DNA from: Pseudomonadota bacterium
Lineage (GTDB): Bacteria > Bdellovibrionota_G > JALEGL01 > DATDPG01
Length of the DNA: 64,000 nt
Assembly: GCA_043809315.1 (NCBI GenBank)
Contig: JAZDDX010000024.1
Span: 68,167-132,166, forward strand
Direction of reading: 5' to 3'
Position 1 is the first letter of the stretch. Every line of letters starts with the position of its first letter. A model generated the notes under the pieces. That model did no database searches. It had not been told where the DNA came from and saw only the letters and a program-made list of their open reading frames with translations. Below, one piece after another: positions 48,501 to 60,824 of this stretch. The position numbers and the translations under genes were made by a program.

Positions 48501-48931
48501 ACCGGAAGATGGGAGAGATAGAACCGAGCCACCTCGCGAAGGCGTCGGAATACTCGGAAGAGGCGCTGCGCGTGGCTTCCACCCATCGGCTGATGGCGGG
48601 AGAGATCAAGGCCTCCACCAACCTGGCACGGATCCGTGCTCTGGAGGGACGGCGGCAGGAGGCGATGGAGTTGAGCTTTCGTGCCATGCGTTTGATCGAG
48701 GCGCACGCGGCGGGGGTCGAAGGGGCCGAAGAGGATGCTTTCGTGAACCACTACACCCTGCTCCATGAAGCGGGGCGCCTGGAAGAGGCGCGGGAATGCC
48801 TGCGCAAACTGGTGGAGCTGATCCGCTCCCGCGCGGATCGGATCCAGGAGGAGGAGTATCGCCGCAGTTTTCTCGAGGAGGTGCGGCAGAACCGCTTCGC
48901 TCTCGAGGAGTGGAGGAAGCTGAACGGATAA
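45506..48931 (+). CDS. Class III adenylate/guanylate cyclase - AAA(STAND-like) ATPase - TPR protein
   Basis: FLDIQGFT, DKYEGD, GDAVNLASRL; AGAGKSRL, GNPFFLEE; TPR array. Confidence 0.9.
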   Translation: MLSTNWSEILKSDLDKLSPPASSIPGRAPAVLLKEGERRNITILFLDIQGFTAMSEKLDPEDVQLIIDNCFKILTHEVEKYQGYIDKYEGDRMMALFGSREASEQDCECALRAALGMKEKFVEMNKILAEREIRIGVRIGVNTGLVVTGRIGKGRDQDFTVMGDAVNLASRLESHAPPGEILIGEDARKAAGDGFLYESLGKIEVKGKSEPIPVYVVKGLNPARSERWERSPFTKRVEYVPRKKEDTRLLQAARELAGSHGIVSFSFAAPAGAGKSRLVYEFLRSYRTPSGEEPWIFRSTASTSHQMPYDLFAEPLTRLLGNTDVVSELFDAADPKEKSEGARLRPVVEFLAGRREPDERMRALDPATLRLEIHLAIRFVLARLASMAAVRKRIPLIVCFESIQWADHASIEALDFLSETLSDPSSAILLLWTYRPEFSPKPEWVSRFRIEEIVLPPLDSEACGKIVRSVLPGIAFSSREEKVLIERSAGNPFFLEELIQALIDDGVLSRDRDRWVLARPIEEASLPDSVQRVLIGRIDKLAREPKEMLMALSVIGEVIPAVVAEKVAGRMGFNAETTRQRLQALEDLGFILRVREAGVLGPQHQFRQSLTRDVVYSIILNHNKKILHGLVAESLEGIHGERAMEHAPILFHHFANAGRQEKTIEYGFAALDQFVRQNATREGLDAVRSLRELVRGWREAKEPRRFEERLRDAEIQLYDFLGQRKEQLVAIEELEQMAVEEPRPELLAKICWSRASYFFATGDFRQMKEQGVRGLSELGPGTAFPRLRMDLLRMVGIGCYSMGEHQEALDNYRLGLEIAERLDDRSAEGAFHNTVGLVHFNIGRAQEAIDYYEKANIIMRQIGDRRGVANTLGNRGLVHWTLGEYSKALEQLQESHAIFKEVGFRKGQAVTLGNIGIIHHKLGQYQEALRCYERALSLRREIRDRSGEGHDLENIGEVYMRLGDFKKALDHLDAGRWLAQEVGSSYLLAECLNNLAIVYRKMGEIEPSHLAKASEYSEEALRVASTHRLMAGEIKASTNLARIRALEGRRQEAMELSFRAMRLIEAHAAGVEGAEEDAFVNHYTLLHEAGRLEEARECLRKLVELIRSRADRIQEEEYRRSFLEEVRQNRFALEEWRKLNG

Positions 48932-51006
48932 TGGACCCGACCCGCTTCGGAAAATTCCTCTTACTGGACGAGATCGCCACGGGCGGGATGGCCGAAATCT
49001 ACAAAGCGGTCGGGATCGCCGTCGGAGGGCAGTCGCAGACGCTCGCAATCAAGAGGATTCTCCCGCAGTTCTCCAGCGACGACGAGTTCGTCTCGCTCTT
49101 GATCGACGAGGCGAAGCTGATGGTCCTCTTGAACCATCCGAACATCGTCCCGATCATCGAGTTCGGGAAGGCCGAGGACTCGTACTACATCGCGATGGAT
49201 TACGTGCAGGGGACGACGCTCAAGGATCTCTTCCGGCGCGTGCGGGAACAGAACCTGCAGTTCCCGATCGACCTGGCCTGTCATATCGTGCGCGAGATCG
49301 GGAGCGGTCTCGCCTACGCCCACCGTCGGACCGACAAGAGCGGGCAATCGCTCCAGATCGTGCACCGGGATATCAGCCCGGCGAACATCCTGATCTCGTT
49401 CGAAGGGGATGTGAAGATCGCCGACTTCGGGATCTCGAAGGCAGCGACGCAGAGGCACCGGACCCAGATCGGCGTGATCCGCGGGAAGACCGGGTACATG
49501 TCCCCCGAGCAGACGCGCTCGGGCGAGACGATCGATGGCCGGAGCGATCTCTATTCCCTCGGGATCATCTTCTGGGAACTTCTGACCGGGGAACGTCTCT
49601 ACGTCGCCGGATCCGTCCCGGAAGCGCTTGCGATGATCCGCAAGAGCGTGGTCCGTCCCCCCTCGGCCCTTCGCAACGCGGTCCCGGCGAAACTCGACGA
49701 CGTTGCGTTGCGCGCTCTTACGTCCGAAGCCAGGGAACGGTACCAAAAAGGGGAGGATTTCGTCGATGCCGTCAACGAGTTCCTGGGACGGTTCGCCCCC
49801 GGGGGGAGGCCGGTCCGGGTCACGCACAACGATCTCGCGGGATATCTCCGGAGATTTTTCGGCGAGGAAATCCAGGCCGCCCTGGCGGCTCAGCCGGTGG
49901 CGCTGAACCAGGTGATCACCCGGGTCGAGTCGACCTCCGACGGAACCGAGGTGCGAACTGAGGGGAAAAGGGAGCCGACGAAGCCGGAGACGATCGTGCA
50001 GAACCCGCTCTTCGAGATGTCGGTTCCGGAGGCGGCGATTCCCCGGGAGTTCCCGGTGACGGTGCCATCGGCTTCGGCGACCGAGCCAACGATGCCGAAT
50101 TCCTGGAAATCGGTGACCGAAGCGCCGGTGGAGGTGGTTTTCAAGGGGAGCGGTGGGGCGGCGCTGGCCTGGACACTGGCGATCGCCACGTTCCTGGTCG
50201 TCTCGCTGGTCCTGGCCGTTTTCCGGTATCAGAAGATCAGGGAGACGGAACCGCATCCGACCGGGGTGGTGGCGGTGACGGTGACGAGCGATCCGGGCGG
50301 AGCGGAGATCCTGATCGACGGGCAGACGACGGGGAAGAAGACGCCCGGGAAGGTGGAGGTTCCGATCGGCCGAACGGTCAAGGTCACGGTTTCCAAGCCG
50401 GGGTATGTGAGCGATGCATGGGACGTGAGCCCGCAGGGGGCGGGCCTTAGACACACGTTCCAGATGGTGGCGGAGAAGGGGGTGAAACCGACCGTAGGGA
50501 AGCTCGTTCTGACGGTCGAACCGCCCCAGGCGTCGGTCTTCGTGGACGACCAGAAGGCTACCGGAGGTTCGCCGTACGGGTTGGATCTCCCGCTCAAAAA
50601 GCCGGTTGCAATCCGGATTGAGGCGGCCGGATTCAAGGTATGGCAGGACAAGATCCAGGCGGACGACGTAAAGCCGGTCGAGCGGACGGTGGTTCTCGCC
50701 CGTCTGCCTCCCCCTGGAATTCGCACTCGAACGACGCAGCCGGTACCGGCGGGTCCGATTTCGAAAAATGCGAAACTTTCCATGGGGTTCGTCGGAGCGG
50801 GGTGGGGGATCACGACGATCGACGGGAAGGAAGCGGCTCAGGACCGAATGGTCGGTGTTGTGATCGAGCCGGGCCGGCACAAGGTTGTCGTGTCGAACAA
50901 CACCGTTCCGGGGAAGCCGTGCGATTTCGTTCTCACGATCGCCGCGGGCCAGCACGTCAAGTGCTTCTGCGACTTGGAGCGCGGCACGGCGAACTGCACG
51001 AAGTGA
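48931..51006 (+). CDS. Membrane Ser/Thr protein kinase with PEGA domains
   Basis: GGMAEIY, AIKR, HRDISPAN, DFG, YMSPEQ; TM; VTSDPGGAEILIDG. Confidence 0.92.
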   Translation: MDPTRFGKFLLLDEIATGGMAEIYKAVGIAVGGQSQTLAIKRILPQFSSDDEFVSLLIDEAKLMVLLNHPNIVPIIEFGKAEDSYYIAMDYVQGTTLKDLFRRVREQNLQFPIDLACHIVREIGSGLAYAHRRTDKSGQSLQIVHRDISPANILISFEGDVKIADFGISKAATQRHRTQIGVIRGKTGYMSPEQTRSGETIDGRSDLYSLGIIFWELLTGERLYVAGSVPEALAMIRKSVVRPPSALRNAVPAKLDDVALRALTSEARERYQKGEDFVDAVNEFLGRFAPGGRPVRVTHNDLAGYLRRFFGEEIQAALAAQPVALNQVITRVESTSDGTEVRTEGKREPTKPETIVQNPLFEMSVPEAAIPREFPVTVPSASATEPTMPNSWKSVTEAPVEVVFKGSGGAALAWTLAIATFLVVSLVLAVFRYQKIRETEPHPTGVVAVTVTSDPGGAEILIDGQTTGKKTPGKVEVPIGRTVKVTVSKPGYVSDAWDVSPQGAGLRHTFQMVAEKGVKPTVGKLVLTVEPPQASVFVDDQKATGGSPYGLDLPLKKPVAIRIEAAGFKVWQDKIQADDVKPVERTVVLARLPPPGIRTRTTQPVPAGPISKNAKLSMGFVGAGWGITTIDGKEAAQDRMVGVVIEPGRHKVVVSNNTVPGKPCDFVLTIAAGQHVKCFCDLERGTANCTK

Positions 51007-51018
51007 CGATTCCGACGG

Positions 51019-51264
51019 TTATTCGAGGATTTCGAGAATGACGCGCTTTTTATGCTTGCCGGCGGCCGCTTCGAGGATCGAACGGAGAGCCATGGCGGTA
51101 CGCCCGCCCCGGCCGATCACCTTTCCCACATCCTCTTTTGCGACTTGGAGTTCGAAGATGAACGCCTGCTCGGAGTGAAGCTCGTTGACGCTGACTTTAT
51201 CCGGTTGATCTACCAAAGATTTCGCAATCGCTACCAACAGATCCCGTATCGCAGCTGCGCTCAT
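51019..51264 (-). CDS. khpA: KH domain RNA-binding protein KhpA
   Basis: 81 aa; LVDQPDKV, DVGKVIGRGGRTA. Confidence 0.9.
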   Translation of the reverse strand: MSAAAIRDLLVAIAKSLVDQPDKVSVNELHSEQAFIFELQVAKEDVGKVIGRGGRTAMALRSILEAAAGKHKKRVILEILE

Positions 51265-51344
51265 CCGCAGCCACCATCCATCAGGAAATGGCTTGGGATG
51301 CAAGTTTCCCGTGGGGGGAGGGGGGGCGTTCCGACCCAACGCGT

Positions 51345-51905
51345 CTATTCGAGATCGACGGTTCGGATCTCCCCGCCGATCTCGACCGGCTTCCCTGAAA
51401 TTGTGACGATGAGATGAAACTGCCGGTCGGTGCAGTCGTCGACCGCCCGTTCGAGGATGTAGGGGCGGTAGGAATCCGGCAGAAAATTGAGCAGATCGGC
51501 CCGAATGCATTTCTTCGTGGGGAAGGGCAGGTTTCCCTCGGCACCCGGGATCTGGATCCTTCCGTCGACTCGGAACTCCGGCAACGAATCGTGCGAGACG
51601 TAATGGAATTCGACGGCGATCAGTTTCGTCCAGGCGTCCTTCGGAGTGCGCATCGGTTTCCCGAGGAATCCGTAAAGGCCAACGGCCTTCGCTACGCAGC
51701 CCTCCAAATCGTAGGAACGTTGATCGGAAGTCAGTTCGTTTTCGAAACTCATCCCGGAGCCCCAGAATCCCCTTTCGAGGAAGTTCAAGTCGGTACGAGT
51801 GGCGAGAAACGATCGCCTGCAGAGGGAACGCTCATCTTGAGCCTCCGCGGCAGAAGAGATCAGGGGGAGAAGCAGGAGGATCGTTATAAAGGCTCGCCGA
51901 ATCAT
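51345..51905 (-). CDS. Hypothetical secreted protein
   Basis: Signal peptide ending AEA; four Cys; fits the gene gap. Confidence 0.55.
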   Translation of the reverse strand: MIRRAFITILLLLPLISSAAEAQDERSLCRRSFLATRTDLNFLERGFWGSGMSFENELTSDQRSYDLEGCVAKAVGLYGFLGKPMRTPKDAWTKLIAVEFHYVSHDSLPEFRVDGRIQIPGAEGNLPFPTKKCIRADLLNFLPDSYRPYILERAVDDCTDRQFHLIVTISGKPVEIGGEIRTVDLE

Positions 51906-51912
51906 CTGCGTC

Positions 51913-53373
51913 CTAGGATTTCACCCGGACCCGGTAATTCAGGATCGATTGTTTGTCCTTTCCGACCGGGACCTTGAAACGGGCGGCGAAAGCGGCCGTC
52001 TTCTCCGCCGGGAAGGTCGAGGAGAGGATCTCCCAATCCCCGCCGATCGGCTCGTTCACGATCACGGTCACCCCTTCCTCCTTGTGGTTCCGGATCTTGA
52101 TCTCGTACGCCTGCTCAAAGACGTGTCCCGGGACCACCACCTTATAGTCGGTCTGCTTTCGTTCGGCCGTGACGTCGAATGCCTCCCCGAGCTTGATCCG
52201 GACCGCCTCGTCCTTCGGCGTGTGGTCGATCCGATCCTCCCCGATGAACTGCTGCGCGTTCGAGAGGTCGGCTTTGTAAACTCGGACGACTCCCGCGGGG
52301 AGTGGTAGCCCCAGATGATTCTCCTTGGAGTTCTTAAACTCCACGTAAACAGCAGGATTCTGTTTCACTGCCTCCCCCGGGGGCTGGTGATTTCGAAAAT
52401 AATAAGCCTGCCCGTTCAAGATCAGCTCCTTGGTGACGTTCAAGCCCGCTGCTGTAAGCAGGCTGATCTGCTTCTTCTCGGCGTTCTTGAGCGTTGCGGG
52501 GCGTTCCAGGGTGTAGAGGTGATATTCGAAGAACTTCTCTTCGGCGAACTGCGGTGCCGCTTTCATATCAGACATGGCCAGCGTACGGCGCATCCCGCCG
52601 AATTGAGGTTCCTCCGGCTGCACTCGATTCACCTTCCCGGCCACCAGTTTCAAGGAGGCGTTCCGGTAGGTGGCGCCGCTTTCATTGTCGATCGTAACCC
52701 AGCCGTTCAAATCGGCTTTTGTGTCGTTCGCCGATACGACGGCTACATAATCGGCGTGCCAGTCGATCCGGTCGGTCAAGTACGACGCCTCGACCGTCTG
52801 TTTCTCCCCCCCTTTGTTCTCGAACATCCAGACCAGTGTGGGGCGCGCGATCAGGTCGTCGGGAAGGGTATCGAAACGGATGTCGGTGATCGCCGTGGGA
52901 TGGATCACCACCTCGTTCCCGATCTTCCAGACCTGGCCGTTGTTGTTGGCGAGAAGGGTGGCGCGGGTCGGGATCAGGCGCTCCGTATTGTTCTCCAGCT
53001 TCCGGAGGGTCAAGGTCGCCTCCCGGCCGACATATTTGTCGAGGAGTTTCTCCGGATTGAGGAGGTCGTATTCGTAGTTTTGCTCGAGGACGGTCAGGAG
53101 AGCGGGGGAGGTGAGCGACTTCACATGGACGGTGGCCGGGTTGATCTGTTGTGCGACATCCATGAAGCGGAGGAGCGATACCCCTCGCGGCAGCTTGAGG
53201 GCCCGAGTCTCTTTGACCAGCCCGAGATTCGAATTGTAGACGGTTACCGCCACGCTTTCCTGGTCGTCGATCGTGCTGGTTGCTGTCGGCACGGGATCGT
53301 TTTTCGGCCAAGCCGTGGCAGGGATCAGGAGGGGGAGGAGGAGGAAAGGGACGATCGTTCGGGTGTGGAACAT
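51913..53373 (-). CDS. DUF4139 family secreted protein
   Basis: [38 protein letters not shown]. Confidence 0.85.
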   Translation of the reverse strand: MFHTRTIVPFLLLPLLIPATAWPKNDPVPTATSTIDDQESVAVTVYNSNLGLVKETRALKLPRGVSLLRFMDVAQQINPATVHVKSLTSPALLTVLEQNYEYDLLNPEKLLDKYVGREATLTLRKLENNTERLIPTRATLLANNNGQVWKIGNEVVIHPTAITDIRFDTLPDDLIARPTLVWMFENKGGEKQTVEASYLTDRIDWHADYVAVVSANDTKADLNGWVTIDNESGATYRNASLKLVAGKVNRVQPEEPQFGGMRRTLAMSDMKAAPQFAEEKFFEYHLYTLERPATLKNAEKKQISLLTAAGLNVTKELILNGQAYYFRNHQPPGEAVKQNPAVYVEFKNSKENHLGLPLPAGVVRVYKADLSNAQQFIGEDRIDHTPKDEAVRIKLGEAFDVTAERKQTDYKVVVPGHVFEQAYEIKIRNHKEEGVTVIVNEPIGGDWEILSSTFPAEKTAAFAARFKVPVGKDKQSILNYRVRVKS

Positions 53374-53411
53374 GCCCGCAGTATTAGATCCGTTCCGGCG
53401 GTTTCACAACT

Positions 53412-54008
53412 TCAGGGGGTTGCGGGTTTCTGTCGCGCGGCGATCTCGGATTTCTTCTGGAATGCGATATCCCTCCCGTACGTTCCGAAACGGGCGTTCC
53501 ATCCGAAACGGCAGACATCGTCGAAACGGACCGGGAGAAAACTTCCGATCTTCTCGTCCGCTTGAGGAGCGAAAATCTCGACCAACCCACCGTTGCACGC
53601 ATAGGGAATCTGGACAAAGCCGCTCAACGTGTCGCCGTCCCCATTCTGGGGGGGGTGAATCTCCCCCTCGTACCGGACGAAAAGATGCGGCACGTCCGGA
53701 TCGGGGAGCTGGAGTTGGAACCGGAACTTCTTCCCGAACGGGGTCAGAGTCAGTTGTGTTCCGCGGAAGGTCTTCCCTTCGTGGTCGAGATCGATCGCTA
53801 AATAGGGATCATCGACGCTTTGCAGAAGAGCATCGCGACGGTTGAGATTCGTCTTTTGAACCTGGGCCGAAGGGATCGGTCCCATGATGTAGCTGACGCG
53901 GTTCATCGCCGTTCCCGTCGCGTAACCGTTGTAGATATTCCGGTCCTGCCCACAGGTGGCGAGCAGTAAGGTCAAGGGGAGGATCAGAATGGCTTTTCGG
54001 TACCCCAT
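53412..54008 (-). CDS. Hypothetical lipoprotein
   Basis: Lipobox LATC; TTGACT-17-TAACCC upstream. Confidence 0.6.
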   Translation of the reverse strand: MGYRKAILILPLTLLLATCGQDRNIYNGYATGTAMNRVSYIMGPIPSAQVQKTNLNRRDALLQSVDDPYLAIDLDHEGKTFRGTQLTLTPFGKKFRFQLQLPDPDVPHLFVRYEGEIHPPQNGDGDTLSGFVQIPYACNGGLVEIFAPQADEKIGSFLPVRFDDVCRFGWNARFGTYGRDIAFQKKSEIAARQKPATP

Positions 54009-54181
54009 GGAGATGTGGGTTAACACAAGGCGTTAGGCAAGTCAAAGGAGGATGAAGCGTCGCGGCGGAGACAGAAATTCCCCGTCCGGATCGGACCCTC
54101 AGCCGGGACCCGGACGGGGCAGAAAATACAATATTTTATTTTTGATTCCAATGGGTTGGATCTTGTATCCTAGAACTCTAC

Positions 54182-55093
54182 TTGTCCCGTTTCGCACACC
54201 GGATTCTGCTGTTCTTGATCCCTTTGAGCTTCGTCCTTTACGCGAAGTCGGCTTGGGCGTGGGGGCCGGTTGCCCATCTTTATTTCGGCTTGGGAGTGCT
54301 CAGTCGCCTCGAAGAGGTGAGCGATCTCTTTCGGGCACTTCTCGCCTCCCAACCTCTCCCGTTCCTGTACGGATCGATCGGCGCCGACATCTTCCTCATG
54401 AAAAAACTGGGTCGTTCGAAGACCCACTCCCACAACTGGGCGAACGCCCTCCGTCTAGTTCAGGAAGCGCGCTCTCCCCGTGTCCGTTCGTTCGCCCTGG
54501 GATACGTCTCCCACCTGGCGGCCGACACGATCAGCCACAACTGTTTTGTCCCGAGCAAGACGGTCGAATCGTACGCCTCGGGGATCTCCCGCCACATCTC
54601 CTGGGAACTGATGTTCGACCGGAGGCTGGCCGATCGGGAGGTGATCCGGGTCCTCCGGGAGGTGTCGAAGGAAGAGTTCTCCGATTGTGATGCGCACCTG
54701 GCCGAGCGGGTTCCAACACGGATCCTCGACTTTTCATTCAACCGGGAGGTCTTCCGACGGATCCTATCGATCCAAACTCTCGATCGCTGGAACTCCCTCT
54801 GGAACCGGGTCGGTCGTAAGGGGTGGCTCCGGCTCCAAGACCGGGAGGTTGGGGAATACAAGGACCGGTCGATTGCGGCCGTCTTGAGTTGCTTGAACCC
54901 GCAGTCCGATTCCCAGGTCTTAACGCTCGACCCGGTCGGGCGTCAGCGCCTCCGCGCAGCCCGGAAGCTTCGGCGGAACTACCGGAGGCAGCTCCGGAAA
55001 AACGATCCCCCCCGGACGGCGAGGGTTCTCGAAGCGGCGGAGTGCTTTGCCCGAGAGCCGTTCCACGTCATCCGGCCCGACGACCATCGCTAG
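54182..55093 (+). CDS. Zinc-dependent phospholipase C family protein
   Basis: AWA|WGPVAH, ADI, HLAADTISHN, H..WE. Confidence 0.8.
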   Translation: MSRFAHRILLFLIPLSFVLYAKSAWAWGPVAHLYFGLGVLSRLEEVSDLFRALLASQPLPFLYGSIGADIFLMKKLGRSKTHSHNWANALRLVQEARSPRVRSFALGYVSHLAADTISHNCFVPSKTVESYASGISRHISWELMFDRRLADREVIRVLREVSKEEFSDCDAHLAERVPTRILDFSFNREVFRRILSIQTLDRWNSLWNRVGRKGWLRLQDREVGEYKDRSIAAVLSCLNPQSDSQVLTLDPVGRQRLRAARKLRRNYRRQLRKNDPPRTARVLEAAECFAREPFHVIRPDDHR

Positions 55094-55143
55094 ACCCCTT
55101 TCCCTTTTGCCGAGACCTTGCGGATCGCATAGATTGGGACCGC

Positions 55144-55881
55144 ATGCGTTCGGATCCCCGGGAAGAACTTACGGAGCTGATCGAGGCAGCGCGAACCCAC
55201 GTCGCTGACCAGCGCCGTCGCGGTTTCCGTTTCGATATGGCCGGAGCCTCTGTGATTCAGGAGCCGGCGCGAACGATCCATGTCGAGGTCCCGACGAAAC
55301 GAGAATCGCTCGATGAGATCCGGGCGGAACTCGGGGATTGTACGCGATGCAAACTCCACCGCGGACGGACCCGGCTCGTGTTCGGGGTCGGGAACCCGGC
55401 CGCCGATCTTGTCTTTGTCGGTGAAGGACCGGGTCGGGACGAGGATCTCCAAGGGGAGCCGTTTGTCGGGCGTGCCGGAAAACTTCTGACCGAAATCATC
55501 GAGGCGATCGGACTTGCGCGTTCGGAGGTCTACATCTGCAACGTCGTCAAGTGCCGGCCCCCCGAAAACCGAAACCCGGAGCCGGAGGAGATCGCCTCCT
55601 GCCGGTCGTTTCTCGATGCGCAGCTCCGGTCGATTCGGCCGAGGATCGTCTGCGCGCTCGGCAAATTCGCCGCACAAACGTTGCTCGACGTCGAGAAGCC
55701 GATCTCGGCGCTTCGCGGGAAGTTCGCCGAGAGGGAGGGGATCCCGGTCATGGTGACGTACCATCCCGCCTACCTTCTGCGGAACCCGTCCGCAAAGCGC
55801 GAGGTCTGGGAGGACATGAAACAGGTGCACGCGGAGCTTTGCCGGTTGACCGGGCGGGCGATCCCGAGGAAGGGGAAGTGA
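55144..55881 (+). CDS. udg: Uracil-DNA glycosylase family 4
   Basis: CTRC, GEGPG, PFVGRAG, KCRPP, HPAYLLR. Confidence 0.93.
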   Translation: MRSDPREELTELIEAARTHVADQRRRGFRFDMAGASVIQEPARTIHVEVPTKRESLDEIRAELGDCTRCKLHRGRTRLVFGVGNPAADLVFVGEGPGRDEDLQGEPFVGRAGKLLTEIIEAIGLARSEVYICNVVKCRPPENRNPEPEEIASCRSFLDAQLRSIRPRIVCALGKFAAQTLLDVEKPISALRGKFAEREGIPVMVTYHPAYLLRNPSAKREVWEDMKQVHAELCRLTGRAIPRKGK

Positions 55882-56539
55882 TGCGGGGGATCGGGATCGC
55901 TCTCACGGCGGCTGCTGCGCTTTACTACGGTTTTCTGAATTTCTCCCCGCTCGATCGTTATTCGCGGGAAGCCACGAACCCTCTCGATTACCGGAAGCTC
56001 GATCTTGAACGGGCCCTCACGGCGGCAGACCGGGAGATGACGATCCCAGAGGGTGGATTCGAGAAACTCGGCGAGATGCGGAGCGAACGGATGTGGATCT
56101 CTCTCGAGTTGGCCCGTCGCAGGTCGGGGGTCGGCTCCTGGATCTGGGCGGTTGGTCTGGCCGGTGTCACTCTGTTTCTGATTTCATTCGCGCGAGGCCC
56201 AAAGAGACGATCGAAGCGGAAGGGTAAAGATCCGTCGGTTCCCGCGATCGAAGTGCGGGAAGCGCCAGCCCGAGAGGTTTATGTGGATGATTGGGAGTAC
56301 CAGCGGCAGCGGGAGGGGGGGTTCCTCTCGCGCGAGGAGGCGGTGACCTGGCTCGTGAAAGACCCCTTGAAAAAGTGCGATTACTGCGGCGCGGAGATGA
56401 AACCATCCGCGGCAGGGAATCAGGAGGGGATCGAGCTGGTTACGTTCTACAAGAAGGTCCCGACCGGGGCGAAAGATCTCCGCGTGATTCTCGGGAGCTA
56501 CTGGTTCGTTCGGGCGGCGTCGGATCTCACGTGCAGCGG

Positions 56540-56564
<25 letters not shown>
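55881..56564 (+). CDS. Hypothetical membrane protein with C-terminal zinc ribbon
   Basis: Two TMs; CDYC...CSGC; overlaps udg stop. Confidence 0.6.
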
Positions 56565-58763
<2,199 letters not shown>

Positions 58764-58770
58764 ACCGCGC

Positions 58771-59097
58771 ATGATTTCAAGCGCTTACGGTATGGCCCCG
58801 TCACCGGGGGGGAGTGGTCAGCAGTCCGGCGGAGCGTTCGGGATGTTCATCCCGCTGATTGTTATATTCGGAATTTTTTATTTCATGATGATCCGCCCGC
58901 AGAAAAAGAAGGAGCAGCAGCATCAGAAGTTCCTGACCGAACTCAAGAAAGGGGACGAGGTGCTCACCTCCTCCGGCATCTACGGACGGATTGCCGGGAT
59001 TGATGACAAGATCGTCACGCTGGATGTCGGGAATCAGATGAAGATCCGCGTGTTGAAAAACACGGTGGCGGGGATCGCCGCCAATCCGCAAGGCTGA
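58771..59097 (+). CDS. yajC: Preprotein translocase subunit YajC
   Basis: FYFMMIRPQKKK, LKKGDEV. Confidence 0.95.
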   Translation: MISSAYGMAPSPGGSGQQSGGAFGMFIPLIVIFGIFYFMMIRPQKKKEQQHQKFLTELKKGDEVLTSSGIYGRIAGIDDKIVTLDVGNQMKIRVLKNTVAGIAANPQG

Positions 59098-59108
59098 TGT
59101 AGGCCGAT

Positions 59109-60824
59109 ATGCCTCGCGCGTGGCAGTGGAAAACGGGGACCGCCTTCTTCTTCACGATGTTGGCGGTCTGGTTCAGCATTCCGAACTTCGTCGACATGCC
59201 GGAGACGAAGGAGGCGAGGGAACAGGCCCCCTGGTTCATCCGGATCCTTCCGAATTCGAAGATCAAGCTGGGGCTCGATCTCCAAGGGGGGATCCACATG
59301 GTGCTCGGCATCGACCTCGATCGGGCGATGCTCAACGAATCCGACCGGATGGCGCGGGACCTCAAGGAGTTCGGCGCGCGGCAGGAGATCAAGATCGACG
59401 CGATCGACCGCGAATTCGATTCGACCAAACTCAAGGTGAAGCTCGCGAGCGGCGAAGAGTCCGACAAGTTCGAGCGGTTTCTCTCCGATCACTTCAACGT
59501 TCTAATCACCGTGGCGAGCGAACCGACGAAGGGGACCTACACGCTCGATCTCGATCCGCAGCGGCATGCCGAGACCGAAAAACAGACCGTCAGTCAGGCG
59601 CTGGAAACGCTCCGGAACCGTCTCGACGAGTTCGGCGTGGCGGAACCGTCGATTCAGGCACAGGGAAGGGACCGGATCGTGGTCCAGCTTCCCGGCATGG
59701 ATGATCCGGTGCGTGCGCGAAACGTGCTCGGCCGGACGGCGCAATTGGAGTTCCGGATCGTCGATGACGAAAGCCTGAAAGGGGACCGCTTCGCCCTCGA
59801 GAACCTAGTCACCGAAGCGAAGAAGACTCTTCCGAAGAAATACAAGATCGGGGATCTGAATCGCGCGGTTCACGACAAGCTTCCCCCGGGGACCGAGATC
59901 CTGATGAAGGAGGATCGAGATCCGACGACCGACCAGGTGACGGAAGTCCCGCTTCTCGTGAAGCTGAGTTCGGGTTTGACCGGCGACAAACTGGAAGATG
60001 CACGGATCGGGAGCGGGGAGTTCAACACGCCGACCGTCAACCTCCGGTTCAACCCTGCGGGGGCCGAGATTCTGGACGGCATCACGCGCGACAGCATCGG
60101 CAAACGTCTGGCGATTGTTCTGGACGACAAGATCCAGTCCGATCCGGTGATCCGCGCGCGGATCTCCGACGGCCGACCGCAGATCACGTTCGGGAGTCTC
60201 AAGAGTCAGCAGGAGCTTTTGCAGGAAGCGAAAGATCTCTCGCTCGTTCTCAGGGCTGGCGCGCTTCCGGCGCCGGTCGAGATCTTGGAGAGTCGGACCG
60301 TGGGCCCGACTCTGGGGCGCGACTCGATCGAGAGCGGCATGAAGGCGATTCTCGTCGGCGTTCTGGCAATCGTTCTCTTTATGGCAGCCTACTACCGAAT
60401 GTCGGGGGTTGCGGCCGACTTGGCCTTGATCGTGAATATCGTTTTCATCCTGGCGTGTCTCGGGGCTCTTCACGCGACCCTGACACTTCCCGGGATCGCG
60501 GGGATCCTGATCTCGATCGGTATGGCGGTCGATGCGAACGTCCTGATCTACGAGCGGATCCGGGAGGAACTCCGGAACGGGAAGAGCATCAACGACGCGA
60601 TCGAGCTCGGCTACGATCGCGCGCATCTGACGATTCTCGATTCCAACTTGACTACCGTCATCGCGGGTCTGGTGCTTCTCGAGTTCGGGACCGGCCCGAT
60701 CAAGGGGTTCGCGGTCACGCTGATCTTCGGTTTGATCGCCAACTACTTCACCGCGCTCTGGTTCACGCGTCTGGCGTATGAATGGATCATGCTCCGGTTC
60801 AAACTAGAAAGGTTGTCGGTCTGA
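59109..60824 (+). CDS. secD: Protein translocase subunit SecD
   Basis: LGLDLQGG, GVAEP, LRAGALPAP, VDANVLIYERIREE. Confidence 0.96.
   Translation: MPRAWQWKTGTAFFFTMLAVWFSIPNFVDMPETKEAREQAPWFIRILPNSKIKLGLDLQGGIHMVLGIDLDRAMLNESDRMARDLKEFGARQEIKIDAIDREFDSTKLKVKLASGEESDKFERFLSDHFNVLITVASEPTKGTYTLDLDPQRHAETEKQTVSQALETLRNRLDEFGVAEPSIQAQGRDRIVVQLPGMDDPVRARNVLGRTAQLEFRIVDDESLKGDRFALENLVTEAKKTLPKKYKIGDLNRAVHDKLPPGTEILMKEDRDPTTDQVTEVPLLVKLSSGLTGDKLEDARIGSGEFNTPTVNLRFNPAGAEILDGITRDSIGKRLAIVLDDKIQSDPVIRARISDGRPQITFGSLKSQQELLQEAKDLSLVLRAGALPAPVEILESRTVGPTLGRDSIESGMKAILVGVLAIVLFMAAYYRMSGVAADLALIVNIVFILACLGALHATLTLPGIAGILISIGMAVDANVLIYERIREELRNGKSINDAIELGYDRAHLTILDSNLTTVIAGLVLLEFGTGPIKGFAVTLIFGLIANYFTALWFTRLAYEWIMLRFKLERLSV

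Noticed and set aside
46484-49048. Long antisense ORFs (also 38053-40029, 48961-50955, 6429-7943)
   Set aside because: Shadow frames of well-supported genes, expected at high GC; no recognisable motifs
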